The notes under the pieces are model-generated. The model ran no database searches. It was given only the letters and a program-made list of their open reading frames with translations, and was not told the DNA's origin. From NCBI GenBank assembly GCA_030704615.1, contig CM060732.1:77004001-77068000 (forward strand): 64,000 bases of DNA. The letters are read 5' to 3'. The DNA is from Takakia lepidozioides (taxonomy: Eukaryota; Plantae; Bryophyta). Position numbers and translations under genes: made by a program. Below, in pieces: positions 1 to 11,800 of this stretch. Numbering within the stretch: the first letter of the stretch is position 1; each line of letters begins with the position of its first letter.

Positions 1-1
1 T

Positions 2-748
2 TTGCAGAACAGTAACAATGTATTTGTAGCAAATTGGAGTCTTCTCAATGAAAGCAAGTTGCAAGAAGTGAATGCACCACATACGGAGTTGCAGACAGTG
101 CATGACAGGATGGCCATACAATGTGCTACACTCACAACTATGCTTGACCAAGCTACAATAGAAATAAACAGTCAAGCGGAAAGATGTACGAAGGCAGAGG
201 CAGAGAATGTTGAGCAACTGAAACTCATTGTCGATATGAACAATACAATCTGTCTTAATGAGAATACTTTCAAGCAATACAGGCAGGTTGAAGCTGACCA
301 AGAGAGGTACATCCTGGAGTTGCAACAAACGCTCATGGTAAATAGAAATGAACTCTCTGTGGCTAACAAGGCTCGGAAGGAAGCCAATAATCTAGCTGCT
401 GCCTATGCGAGTTTGGTTGAACCTCATGCAAAGCGCATGGAGGCTTAACAGCAGCAGATAGATGTGTACAGACTCACAGAGGAGCAGACTCTAAGGGGTG
501 CCACAAGCAACTTGGTGGATAATCACCTTATGCAGGTCTGGTTAGCACAAGGGCCGGTGGAGGGCAAAGCACCACGAAAGCTCACCCAAAGCGAGATGAA
601 TGAGCTCAGACTGCAAGTGCAAAACATTGCCACAACTACTATAGACAATGTCTATAGTAGGATAGCGGAGTTACAGGAGGATGTAGACGGCCTGCAGACT
701 AGTGGAGGACCTCACTTCAAATATCGACAAGAGAGTCTGTGTACCTGA
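2..748 (+). pseudogene. Family A extra-ORF region, coiled-coil segment (probably the C-terminal part of eORF1), broken by an in-frame TAA at 446-448
   Basis: ORFs 2..448 and 464..748 share a frame and are E/Q/L/A-rich and heptad-like. The terminal TGA (746-748) is conserved in copy 2 (ACCTGAGG near 7690). Continuity with eORF1 of copy 3 is inferred from position. Confidence 0.6.
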
Positions 749-758
749 GGAACAGCTA

Positions 759-1991
759 ATGGCTTCTTATTTACAAGCGAGAACTTTGGCTTTTCAGTCT
801 TCTTCACAGGGGGTGCAGGAGATGCCAATGGTACAAGAGCCAGTGCCACCAACACCACAACAAGTCACTGTGCCAGTAGCTGACCCTATTGTTACTACAG
901 CCACGCCACAGCCACCACAGCCTAAGGTATGGGGGAATGCTGCTTTTAACCCACCTAAAACTCCAGCTGCACGGGAGTACAGTCGGGCTATGATTATGCC
1001 CTTCAACCAAATTCCCATTGTGTTGGATTTGGCTTGGAAGGAATTTAGTCCTCCGCAGTCGTTGGCACATTACTATCAAATCATACGCATTTGGCTACCA
1101 GTGGCAACTAGGACTAAAGTTCTTCCGAACAATCGACCAATTGAGGATCATCACTTTGCGCAGTACTGGCATGAGACAAGTATCATGTTGAAGGAATTAA
1201 TTGCCTTCCAAGTTGTACATGGATTCATTTATACCAAGACCAAAGAGGTAGCAAGTATTGTCATGGGCTGCGGGTTATACTACGCTGCTTGTTTTCTGGT
1301 ACGTTATCACATTGAGCAGCAGAAGATGCAAACGCGCTTTCTGAGTTATTCCAGTGGGGATCATTGGGTCTTACCTTCAGTGCCACCTCATATGTACCTA
1401 TATGAGGCAAAAGTTATGATGCAAAAGGATTCTCAGATTCGTTCATGGTTTCATGCGGCCTGGAACAATTTGTCAACACAGAAATTCGGGCCTGACGATA
1501 TTTTCTTTAAGGGACATGAGGCATGGAAATATTTGCACAATTCACAAGTCATTGGTACACCACTCACCTGGACAGACAAGGAGCTCAGGGTCTTCACCAA
1601 TTTTGCAATTCAGCGCTTACAACAAGTTTTACAGTTTAAACTTCCAGACATGGTGGGACAACATTGTATGCCCCAGAGAATTCCAGTTAAAGTTCGACAG
1701 TTAAAACACCTCAGGGGGGACGAGGATTCTGATACAACTGTTTCTTCAGCGGACTCTTTTGACATGGCAGAGGACTATGCAATTCAGATGGCAGAGAAGA
1801 AGCGACGGGGGTCTCCTATGCCTGAAAGATTACCTCGATATCAGCCTCCAGAGGGACTAACATATCCAGGTAGTGTTCAATCATCTCCCTCAACCAGTGA
1901 CAGTACACGGGCTCGCACACGGAGTCCTTCACGAGACTCTAACCGTCAGAAGGGTGCTCGCTCACAAAGGGTTACAAATCCCAAACAGTAA
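759..1991 (+). CDS. Family A extra ORF2, unknown function (Pro/Gln-rich N-terminus, W/Y/H-rich core, Ser/Arg-rich basic tail)
   Basis: Intact ORF, open from 702 with first ATG at 759. Homologous reading frames recur at 7647-11199 and 21813-22955. Confidence 0.75.
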   Translation: MASYLQARTLAFQSSSQGVQEMPMVQEPVPPTPQQVTVPVADPIVTTATPQPPQPKVWGNAAFNPPKTPAAREYSRAMIMPFNQIPIVLDLAWKEFSPPQSLAHYYQIIRIWLPVATRTKVLPNNRPIEDHHFAQYWHETSIMLKELIAFQVVHGFIYTKTKEVASIVMGCGLYYAACFLVRYHIEQQKMQTRFLSYSSGDHWVLPSVPPHMYLYEAKVMMQKDSQIRSWFHAAWNNLSTQKFGPDDIFFKGHEAWKYLHNSQVIGTPLTWTDKELRVFTNFAIQRLQQVLQFKLPDMVGQHCMPQRIPVKVRQLKHLRGDEDSDTTVSSADSFDMAEDYAIQMAEKKRRGSPMPERLPRYQPPEGLTYPGSVQSSPSTSDSTRARTRSPSRDSNRQKGARSQRVTNPKQ

Positions 1992-2012
1992 ACCGTGAGG
2001 ACACGGTTTTTT

Positions 2013-2029
2013 GAGAAGGGAAGGGGTAA
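2013..2029 (+). other. Polypurine tract (GAGAAGGGAAGGGGTAA)
   Basis: Directly precedes the LTR TG; equivalent tracts occur at 11221-11237 and ~22976-22993. Confidence 0.85.
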
Positions 2030-2986
2030 TGTTAAAGGATTGTCTGGGACTTAGGCACTTTTATGGGATCTGTGGGGTACCCTTAATTTTTACACAGATT
2101 GAGACCAACAGGAGCCTTAGGGGTGACAGCAGCGCACTTTAGGGGGGGGGGGTTACATAGCCCGTCACAACCCGACACAGTCGCACAGCCAATCACATCC
2201 CAACACAGCCCGTCACAGCCCAACACAATCGCACAGCCAATCACAGCCTGACACAGCCTGTCACAGCCCAACACAGTCGCACAGCCAATCACAGCCCGTC
2301 ACAGTTTCACACAACCAGTCACAGCTTGACACAGCTGTCACGACCATAGGGAACGGATAGCAGGACAGGGAACGACTGTGGGGAACAACATCTGTGAATA
2401 GAACATGTTAGTTCACGGATGACGGTTAGTGAGGGAAACGGTTAGAACAACGGATAGGAAGATAAAGCCAGGAGCGAGGACTAGAAAATGATCACTTCTT
2501 GGGGGACTTCGGACATCACTGGGGGGGAAATGAAGCGGAGAGCGCATCTCTGAGCAGAAAGAGGGAGAGCACGAAGAAGGTGGAGAACGATCTGTTGATG
2601 CTTGATGAATGCAAGCAGTAGAGTTGTAATGTAGAGTAGATTAGAGACTCCATGGCTTCAGCCTGATACTTGATAGATATTAATCTGATACATACTTCAT
2701 ACTCACACTGTGTAGAGAGATCTGAGTGAAGCTGTGGAATGAATGGATGAGTTGATGGAATCCGATAGATTGCTGAAGCAAACTGATACTTAAATACCAA
2801 CAGTAAGGTAACTAGCTAACATGAATGCGGGAAGGAAAACAAATAGGAAACACCCCCATGATACACTAGCTGTAGGTCATGACTGATTGTTCTAAGCGGG
2901 CTGAGTGCTTAGAGATTTCCATCTCTTCTATCTTGGAGTTCCCGCCTCGGATAGCAAAGGGATGGGTGAGTAAAAGCCGCGCGACA
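2030..2986 (+). repeat. Family A 3' LTR (957 bp), containing a CACAG-based array at ~2155-2342
   Basis: Termini TGTTAAAGG...GCGCGACA; homologous to 11238-13214, 11801-12780 and 22994-23958. Confidence 0.92.
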
Positions 2987-2987
2987 G

Positions 2988-3578
2988 CTACAACACTGCC
3001 CCATCAACCAGGACATTGTATGAGACCGCGTCTGTCACAATGGCCTTGGCTCGCATCACTGAGCCATCTGTAGGGTGATCCGGCCGTAGTCTGATAGCCA
3101 ACTCACGCCGTGTCATGCCCCGAGTCTGCTCTGATCCTCCCAGAGACGTCTGTATCTGGAAAGGACAAGGCTCTATATCCGCCTCCGTGAGGCCCAAGCC
3201 TGCAATAGCAGCTATGCCTAGCATCAATGGCTGAGCTCCCGAGTCCAACAAGACCCGCAGTGGTCGGTACCTCTTGCCTGCCGGTCCACTCAAACAGAAA
3301 ATGCCATCCTGGTTGTCTAACATGACAACTCCAGGTGTCACCATGGCGCGCTCAATGGCTGGCCTAGCTGGCAGCTCCATTAACCAAGCAGCTGCAGCTT
3401 GCCATGGCACCACCGTGGTAGTTTTGACCCTCAAATCCAAGGATCCCTCCGGCACTACACCTCCCACTATCTCCGTAGAAGATGAAGTAACCTCCCCACT
3501 CTCAAAGAGTGTAGCTGCCAGCCTAAACACCTCAGCTGGTCTTATCCCCGGCGTCGCAATCATGGTAGCCCAGAACAA
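2988..3578 (-). pseudogene. Retropepsin-like aspartic protease of family B
   Basis: VLLDSGAQPLMLG catalytic D-S-G motif; flap-like QTSLGGS and C-terminal YNVLVDG motif. Confidence 0.75.
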
Positions 3579-3835
3579 TGGAGCCTGGCCACACAGATGT
3601 GGCCGCTCCTAGCAGCACACTAGCTGCCGTAGCCTTGGCAACACTAGGTAGTGGTGCTACCCGTGTAGCTCTCCCCAATGGCATAGTAACCTCCGCCTCG
3701 GTAACAGTCGGGTGAGAACTAGGTGCCATGGATGGCGTCGACACCGTCTCTGCCAATGTGAATGACTGAGGAAGCCTAGCCCGATGGCTTGCCTCCCCAC
3801 GCTGTGGATTCAACTCCACCTCTGCATCTCGTGGC

Positions 3836-5530
3836 TCAGGAACTTCGTGCTGCTCCTCGAGTCACGGCTGCAGCAGACTCCACCTGCACTAGTGGTACTG
3901 CTGCTCCACACATGAATCCCATGCCTCCCATATCTCCTCCCTCAGGAGCAGGAGGTGGACCATCCGGCCTTAGAGCCGGTACCACCTGAGCTGTAGCGAT
4001 GGTAGCGAGCCTCTGCTCTAGCTGCTGAAGCCGGTTGGCCATGCCTTGGTCAACACCCTGACCTCCGCGTCCTTGGCCATGTTGAGCTTGCCCTTGGCCT
4101 GCACCTCGTGGTTGGCCACCTCGTCCTCTCTGGGCTGCTCCACCTTGCCCCCAGCCACCATTGTTCCCTTGGAACTGGCCTGGGCGCAACTCAGGATGCA
4201 AACCATAACACTGGGCCTCTCCATGCCCGTGCTTGCCACAATGCCCACACTGCAACTGTGCAGGCTGTGCATGTGCCGGCCCTTTGCCTCCCTCTGGGCA
4301 ATCCTTCTTGATATGGGGTCCTCCACATGTCCAGCACACCACATCCGCCCGTTGTTGGCCAGCAAATGAAGGGAGAGACCCCGCAATCGGAGGTCTTCTC
4401 TGCCCTTCCCTGAGCTTCACCTGAGCCCCCTTGTTGCCTTGAGCACGTTGAGGTAGTGGTTGGCTAGGAGCACCACTACCCCGTGGTGTCTCTTTAGCAA
4501 ATCCCACCATGACCACTCATTCCTCCACCATATTGAGCTCTATCCGCTCTGCCAGCAAAAACACATTTGCTAAGGTGGGTTGGGCCGCTTGTAGGAGAGT
4601 TGCATCCCGCACCCTTCTCCTCAGCTCATTGTCCAATATCCCATACCAGAATTGGACTGCCTGAGCTTCCGTAACCCCTTGGGTTACATTTATCAAGCGC
4701 CTCATGCGAGTGAAAGCCTCCCTCAAGCTCTCGGTCGGCTTCCATTGGAACTCTTGCAAGCTCCACAACTTCTCTGTCCTCACCCCTTGGTAGTTCCCTC
4801 TCAACTCTTCGAAGAACTCCACAACAGGGTTGAAGGCAGGCACGGGTACTAGTGTTGGTGCGGTAGTGGCTTGGGTGGACGTCGTAGCTACTGTACCAAC
4901 AGTCCCACTAGTCCCTCTGCTACTTGCTGAAGCTGCCGGTGCAGCGGCAGGTGTAGCCACTGCCCTCGTGGCTCTAGTGCCCCTAGTGATGGAGACATAG
5001 TCGAGTGACCAGTACATCCTCCACTCCTCGATCTCAACCTCATGCCCCCGCCTGAACTCATGGTAATCATCCATAGCGCCCCCTCAAGGTGCTGAAATAG
5101 CCCCTTCCATGCCATGAAAGGCGTAAATAGTTGTGGATTGCGCATTTGCTGCAAATCACACCAACTATCAAACTCTTGGATAAAATCATCCAACTCGATG
5201 GATGAGGTTCAATCAACAATTTCCTGGCAGCTCCAGCAGTGTGCGTCAACGCACACAGTTTGAGCCCACCTGGTCATTGTTAGTACCTTCGTGGCCCCTT
5301 GGTAGCTCCATATATCTCCTCCATTGTATCCCACAACAATGACAAAGAAACAACTTGCACCGCCGATATGAGTCCTCCTGATTCACAATCCGAATCAGAA
5401 CCTTCCGTAGAAGACACAGGAAGTGAAGGTGGCCTAAACCGCACACCTCGTCTCGTGTACCCACTAGTATCGATATGCTCAAACCAGCACTGTCCCCAGC
5501 AACTAGTGGCACCTCCATGTTGACACTCAA
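3836..5530 (-). pseudogene. gag: Gag of family B (fragmented)
   Basis: CWTCGGPHIKKDC and CGHCGKHGHGEAQC knuckles; FQWKPTESLREAFTRM motif; the ORF pieces align with the 62261 ORF. Confidence 0.8.
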
Positions 5531-5799
5531 CCGGTCATGAACATGTCCCTAACCCCCTCTCCATAAGGTAACCGGGTAGAAAACATGTTGCGGCTTAGGG
5601 TTTGGAATACTAAGTTCCTAACACAGCCTACCCCTGTACTTGCATCCACTGCAAGCACTCCTATGGTTGGCTGGTCATCACCCCAGCCTCACCATCGACA
5701 GCATGCTCTAGGACTGGCCGGTGATCAAATCCAAATCCGGACCAACCTATAAAAACAAGTGCCCACACAAAACTAGCATGGCGCACAGTCAAGCATGCA

Positions 5800-6523
5800 T
5801 GTCGTGCACCTCACTTCGGTAAGCTCCCCTTCAAGTCATAGTTACTCGCTTTGATGCACGCGCCTGACTCCCAACCTGGCCCCGGGCCAACTTGGAGCTT
5901 CGGCTGCTCACCGGGACATAACGGTCCCCCTTCGCTCTCCCACTAAACCCTCCACCTATTTGGGCCTGGTGGAATTCCCTTTGGTAGATGGCAGTCCGGA
6001 ACAGCTCCCCACTCTTTGGTCGCTTTCCGGCTCGTTCGCTTACTCACTAGTTTTTGGTCACCAACGGGCTTGCACCGTTCTCAGGGTCACTACTCCCCCC
6101 TTATATATACTTTTGTAGCTGTCCGCGGGGGTTTCACAACCAGCCATGCCATTTTATGGCGAACCACCACGAAAACCCTCGACTCCCGGTGATGAGTCGC
6201 GGTGAGTCTTGGCCCACTCACCACGGCCCCTATGGACCGTGATGAGTCCCAAGACTCCCCACGACTCCCACCACGAGGTCTCCGCCCCCATGGTGAGTCC
6301 TATGCCACCCCCACTAAGTCCCGCTAAGCTCCACCACCCCTTGTGGCCACCCCCACCGCAACCCGATATGCGGGGCTCCACCTAGTGAGCGCCTCCCCCC
6401 CTTGAGTGTCTTGGGCACTCAAGGGTGCTTCAGCCCCCCATACCTATTGCTGCTGCCGCCCCCCACCAGGGGCAGCCCCTCATGTGTCCCGACCCCCTGC
6501 CCTCAAGGCAAAGGACCGCGACA
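5800..6523 (-). repeat. LTR-like 724-bp unit (TGTCG...CGACA), probably the 3' LTR of a third element
   Basis: 5-bp inverted termini and TATATA near 6102. Family B homology stops exactly at 5799. A purine-rich GGTAGGGG precedes it on the - strand. No TSD was found. Confidence 0.45.
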
Positions 6524-6539
6524 CACACCCCTACCAACA

Positions 6540-7030
6540 GGGAGGTTTACTATTTCATGAGCGCATGAGCCCATGAGCCCATGAGCCTATGAGCTCATGA
6601 GCGGACATCCGCGGAATTGGAATTTTCCTGCCTTTATTGACGGTGTTATGTCCTCTTACCTCGGTAATAGGGTTTGTTTCTCCTGGTCCAGGATGCGGAA
6701 TGAGGTATTTCGGCGCCATTATTCCCAAGAGCAGTGTGCTAAATGGTGTTTTGAAGACATCCACCGGGGTATTTCGGCACCGAAATTACCTCTTAAAATG
6801 TGATATAGTGCGGTATTTAATGGCGCAGAACGGGCTATTTGGGCGCCGAATACCCAAGTGGAATGTGCTGAAGTGCCTTGTGCTGAAGGCTTCCATCGCG
6901 ATATTTTGGTACAGTAATTCATCCGTGGAATTTTTGAGGCCCATATAACGAAGGCGCGCATTGGGCTATTTCGGCGCCAAATTTCCCAATAGGAATGTTA
7001 GAAACGGCAGGGTTTTCATGGCTTCAAGTT
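6540..7030. repeat. CATGAGC(C) octamer run followed by spaced quasi-palindromic GGTATTTCGGCGCC motifs; possible DNA-transposon end
   Basis: About 6 CATGAGC-type units at 6556-6602; related motifs near 6704, 6768, 6833 and 6963. Confidence 0.45.
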
Positions 7031-8156
7031 CTCGGCTCGATGGTGTGCATAAATTTCTTGTAGGGTTCTTCAATGAAGTTTGCATCTCTTCTGCTTATTA
7101 TACATTTTGGTTGGCGGAAGAAATGTAGGGAATCGGACAAGCAGTCTGAACACAATGATTTTTCAAATCGTCAATATTTTCATTAAGTGTTTCAGAACTG
7201 TACAACAAAAGGATCCAAATGAGACTTTGCTATGGTGAGGATCCGCTATCACTGTCCGATGCATCCCCGGCCTCATGCAAGGATGGCTGCCTTCCACCTG
7301 CCTCCGAACCTGCACTGCCGCTACCGCTGTTACTCTGAGAAGCCCTCCCCTCAAAAATACCATCCTCACCAGCCGGAACTGTCCACCTGGGTGCGGAAGT
7401 GTCCTCAACATTCCCCTCGCTCTCGGACGCGGATTCTATTACGAACTTCCCTACTCTGCCTTTCACAATTCTATGTTTGGCCTCACGCCTCATTATAATT
7501 CTCTGCTCATTCCCGTATGTCAATTGCTCTAACCGAGTAGGCCTATCCTCCCTGCTGATGGCTTCTCTGGCAGCCGTGTCTGCATAGGCTACAATGTCTA
7601 TAGTAGGATAGCGGAGTTACAAGAGGATGTAGATGGACAGACTCAAGTGGAGGACCTCACTTCAAATATCGACAAAAGAGTTTATATACCTGAGGAACAG
7701 CTAATGGCTTCTTATTTACATGCCAGAACTTTGGCTTTTCAGTCTTCTTCACAGGAGGTGCAGGAGATGCCAATGATACAAGAGCCAGTACCACCGACAC
7801 CACAACAAGTCAATGTGCCAGTAGCTAACCCTGTTGTTACTACAACCACACCACAGCCACCACAGCCTGAGGTATGGGGCAATGCTGCTTTTAACCCACC
7901 TAAAACTCCAGCTGCAAGGGAGTACAGTAGGGCTATGATTATGCCCTTCAACCAAATTCCCATCATGTTGGATTTGGCTTGGAAAGAATTTAGTCCTCCG
8001 CAGTCATTCGCACATTACTACCAAATCATGCACATTTGGCTGCCAGTGGCAACTAGGACTAAAGTTCTTCCGAACGATCGACCAATTGAGGATCATCACT
8101 TTGCACAATACTGGCATGAGGCAGGTACAATGTTGAGGGAATTAATTGCCTTCCAA

Positions 8157-8695
8157 TGTAGTGTGAAAAGAAGGGGCGTGAATCCCCTTCTGGTTAATCC
8201 TAAATCTGTACTCCTCCTACTCGTCCCTGTTGAAGTATCAGGGCAAAGGAAAGGAGCGTTCTCTTTTCTGTCCAACCATCGTCATGAGGCTATATGGGTT
8301 TTTCCTTCAGGTTCGTTCGTGATCAGAGTTTGCGGAATCCTCATCCACGCCGCAGCGGAAGAGAAGACATGGATGGGAGTCTTTGGTTTGTTCTTGCCCT
8401 CGGTTCTACTTCTATGCAACAGCCTGGCCCTATGCTCACTGCGCCAACAGTGTTGGCGTGATCTTTTATGTGATGCAAGTAGCCCAATGGCAGCGGTGAA
8501 TACGACCCTTAATGTGAACCCCCTTGAGCAGTGACATGTCGGAAATCCCTTTTTGTAATGGTGACACAGATTTAGAGGGAGACAGCTCAGATCTTCATAA
8601 ACTGCAGGGGCACTGGTTTTCCTTCAGGATTCATGCTTTCTTCATCTCAATCTCCCAGTTGGCCATCCCCCCATCAACCCTTTTTGCTGAGCAGC

Positions 8696-8749
<54 letters not shown>

Positions 8750-8920
8750 CCTTTTCTCGTCTGTTTCTCTATCTCTGTCTATGTCTACAGGCTCCTTACT
8801 TCTTCACATACAGCCCATCTATCACGTAATGCAAATGCACACTCCCCCAGGCATCCAGTGCAGCCAGCCATGAAGTCATCCTTGGTCTCACAAGGCAAAA
8901 CCATCCCTTTCATCAGTCTC

Positions 8921-8954
<34 letters not shown>

Positions 8955-10414
8955 CAATACTCAACCCTTCACACTACCCCTTTCTTTTAAAAGATCCCAT
9001 TTCCCAAAACAGCTCTCATCCCTTCTTCAGATTCAACCTGAATACCCAACATCTCTCTTTCCTTTCAACAAAAGGGCTTAAGTCGTTCATATCCTGATAC
9101 AATGCTGAAATCACACCTTATCCCTTTTGTGTTTTCATACAGTTCCAGCTAACCCTCAGTTATCTCTCCAAGCAAACAAGCTATATCTACATTGGGTCCA
9201 GTGTATCACTACCCCCCCCCCCGCAGCATTGTGTGCAGGTTTACAACACTGAAAAAACACAGAATGAAGACAACAGTGACCATTCTGTTTTCTGTGACAA
9301 CAGTCTCTCTCTCTCTCTCTTCACTCATTTTTCTTACTGACACTACGACGGCAGGTGTATCCATTCCTTCCATGTTCTGGTTTGAAGTCCAGAGTCTCCA
9401 TTCCATTTCCAAAAACCTTTCCTCTATCACATGTCTCCACCCTTTCCTTTCAACAACCAGGGCAGTCCTAAATCTACCAAAGCGATTTCTAAGTCCACCC
9501 CAAAGAAGAAGCCCACAGTCTACCAACTTATCTGTTTTTATCCTCCAGTGAAGCGGGGGTCAGCCTGCCGAGATGGCACCTCACCATCGCCTGTCAGCAG
9601 CCACCACAACCTTTTCTCCTTGTCTTGATTCCAGAGTTTATCATGCCATGATGTCTCCTCATCATCCTATGGAGCATCCTGTGGTTTGCCAACTAAATTG
9701 CTCTATTCTTCTATGCATGTAGCTCTTAAGAACTGAAATGGACCTATAGCAAGAAGACAAAAAGGCAGCTAGAAGCCTGATTACAGATAACCTGTGTTGC
9801 CATCCAGCCAGCACTCCACATGCCTTATCACCTCCATTGATTGTGCTCAGATTCTCTTCCTTGTGCTTCTGGCAGGTGGCCGTTCTCCTTGCTTGCTCAT
9901 CTGCCCATAACTGTCATCTTCAAGACAGTGGCGGCAGCGGTGGTGCGCCGCTCTCCTTACATGCTCCTATCTCCATGAATTGATCATCACAACGAGAAAG
10001 ACGGCAGCGCTTCCCTTTACACAGAATACCAAGCAGAGGCACTTAATGCTGCCCTCTAAACCAAGCGAAGTCCCACAGCGCAGGTACAACCTCTCAACAC
10101 AGACTGCCCTGTCAACACCACAGCTCGCGGCAGCTGCTACGAATCGCCCGTCACCTTCCTCTTCGTTTTTTCTTCCTCGCGGATTTTAGGTTGAGCATCA
10201 ATGACGAAAACGTTCATCGCATGGATGAAAAATGCATGGTCACGACTTAGCCATTTTTATTTTGGCAACGCATGAGTACAGTATGCCCACAAAATTACCT
10301 GTATGGAGGGATATATCCCTCTTGCAGTTGGTATGAGGGCCCTCCCATTATAGTGATGCAGGGTCTTAACGGTGAAGCCAAAATGTAATGTCACTCCCCT
10401 GCATTCACACTACA
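8157..10414. mobile_element. Non-autonomous TIR element, Ginger/GingerRoot-like (copy 1, 2258 bp)
   Basis: Perfect 11-bp TIR TGTAGTGTGAA/TTCACACTACA, extending imperfectly to ~25 bp. The 4-bp TSD CCAA (8153-8156, 10415-10418) is confirmed by the empty site TTCCAAGTTG at 1206-1215. No transposase ORF. Confidence 0.8.
8697..8746 (+). repeat. (CT)n microsatellite; a second tract lies at ~8925-8951
   Basis: Directly visible. Confidence 0.95.
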
Positions 10415-11800
10415 CCAAGTTGTACATGGATTCATTTATACCAAGACCAAGGAGGTAGCGAGTATTGTCATGGGATGTGGGTTATACTACGCTGCTTGTT
10501 TTCTGGTACGTTATCACATTGAGCAGCAAAAGATGCAATCGCGCTTTCAGAGTTATTCCAGTGGGGATCATTGGGTCTTACCTTCAGTGCCACCTCATAT
10601 GTACCTATATGAGGCAAAAATTATGATGCAAAAGGATTCTCAAATTCGTTCATGGTTTCAGTCGGCCTGCAACAATTTGTCAACACAGAAATTCGGCATT
10701 GATGATATTTTCTATAAGGGACATGTGGCATGGAAATACTTGAACAATTCACAAGTCATTGGTACCCCACTCACCTGGACAGACAAGGAGCTCAGTGTCT
10801 TCACCAATTTTGCCGTTCAGCGTTTACACCAAGTTTTAAAATATAAACTTCCAGACATGGTAGGACAACATTGTATGCCCCAGAGGATTCCACAAAAAGT
10901 TCGACAATTAAAACACCTGAGAGGCGATGAGGATTCTGATACAACTGTTTCTTCAGCGGATTCTTTTGACATGGGAAAAGACTATGCAATTCAGATGGCA
11001 GAGAAGAAGCGACGGGGGTCTCCTATGCCTGAAAGGTTACCTCGATATCAGCCTCCAGAGGGCCTCACTTATCCGGGTAGTGTTCAAAACATCTCCGTCA
11101 ACCAGTGACAGACCTCGGGCTCGTACACACAGTCCGCCACGAAACTCTCAACGTCAGAAAGGTGCTCACTCACAAAGGTTTGCTAATCGCAATCAGTAAA
11201 CCGTGAGGACACGGCTTTTTGAGAGGGGAAGGGGTAATGTTAGAGGACTGTCTGGGACTTAGACACTTATACGGGATCTGTAGGGTACCCTTAATTTTTG
11301 CACAGACTAAGACCAATAAGAGCCTTAGGGGTAACAACAGCGCACTATAGAGGGGGGTTACACAGTCCGTCACAGTCCAACACAGCCCGTCACAGCCGAC
11401 ACAAGCCACACAGCCAGTCACAGCCCGACACAGCCAAACACAGTCAACAACTCGTCACAGCCCGACACAGCCATCAGCCACAGCCGTCACACACACGCCA
11501 CACAGCCCACAGCCATCACAGCCCGACACAGCCCACAGTCGCACACACACAGTTTCACACAGCCAGTCACAGCTTGACACAGCTGTCACGACCATAGGGA
11601 CGGAGAGCAGGACAGGGGAACGACTGTGGGGAAACAACACGTGCAAATGGAACATGTTAGTTCACGGACGACGGTTAGTGAGGGAAACGGTTAGAGCCAC
11701 AGGTAGGAAGATAAAGGGGAAGCAAGGACTGAGAGAAGGGGATTGGAAGCACTTGAGGGGGAGGAGTTCTTGGTTATGCATGAGAGGGGATCGGGCGGAG

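Larger units (their letters stand above)
1..2986 (+). mobile_element. Ty3/gypsy LTR retrotransposon family A, copy 1 (3' part: extra ORFs, PPT, 3' LTR; 5' part outside the window)
   Basis: The eORF2 region and LTR are collinear with 21813-23958, which lie downstream of an RT-RNaseH-integrase pol. It ends in PPT plus a TGT...ACA LTR. Confidence 0.9.
2987..5799 (-). mobile_element. Retroelement family B (gag + aspartic protease), decayed and cut at 2987 by family A copy 1
   Basis: Homologous to 61961-64000; two zinc knuckles and a DSG protease motif; multiple stops and frameshifts. Confidence 0.8.

Noticed and set aside
6165-6260. Hammerhead ribozyme suggested by GAAA and TGATGAG motifs
   Set aside because: The core is GTGATGA rather than CTGATGA, and the required stems do not pair.
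7647-8534. 295-aa ORF as an intact gene
   Set aside because: Chimeric: eORF2 reads through into the TIR element at 8157.
8524-9628. Ser/Leu-repeat ORFs
   Set aside because: Artefacts of (CT)n tracts inside the non-coding TIR element.
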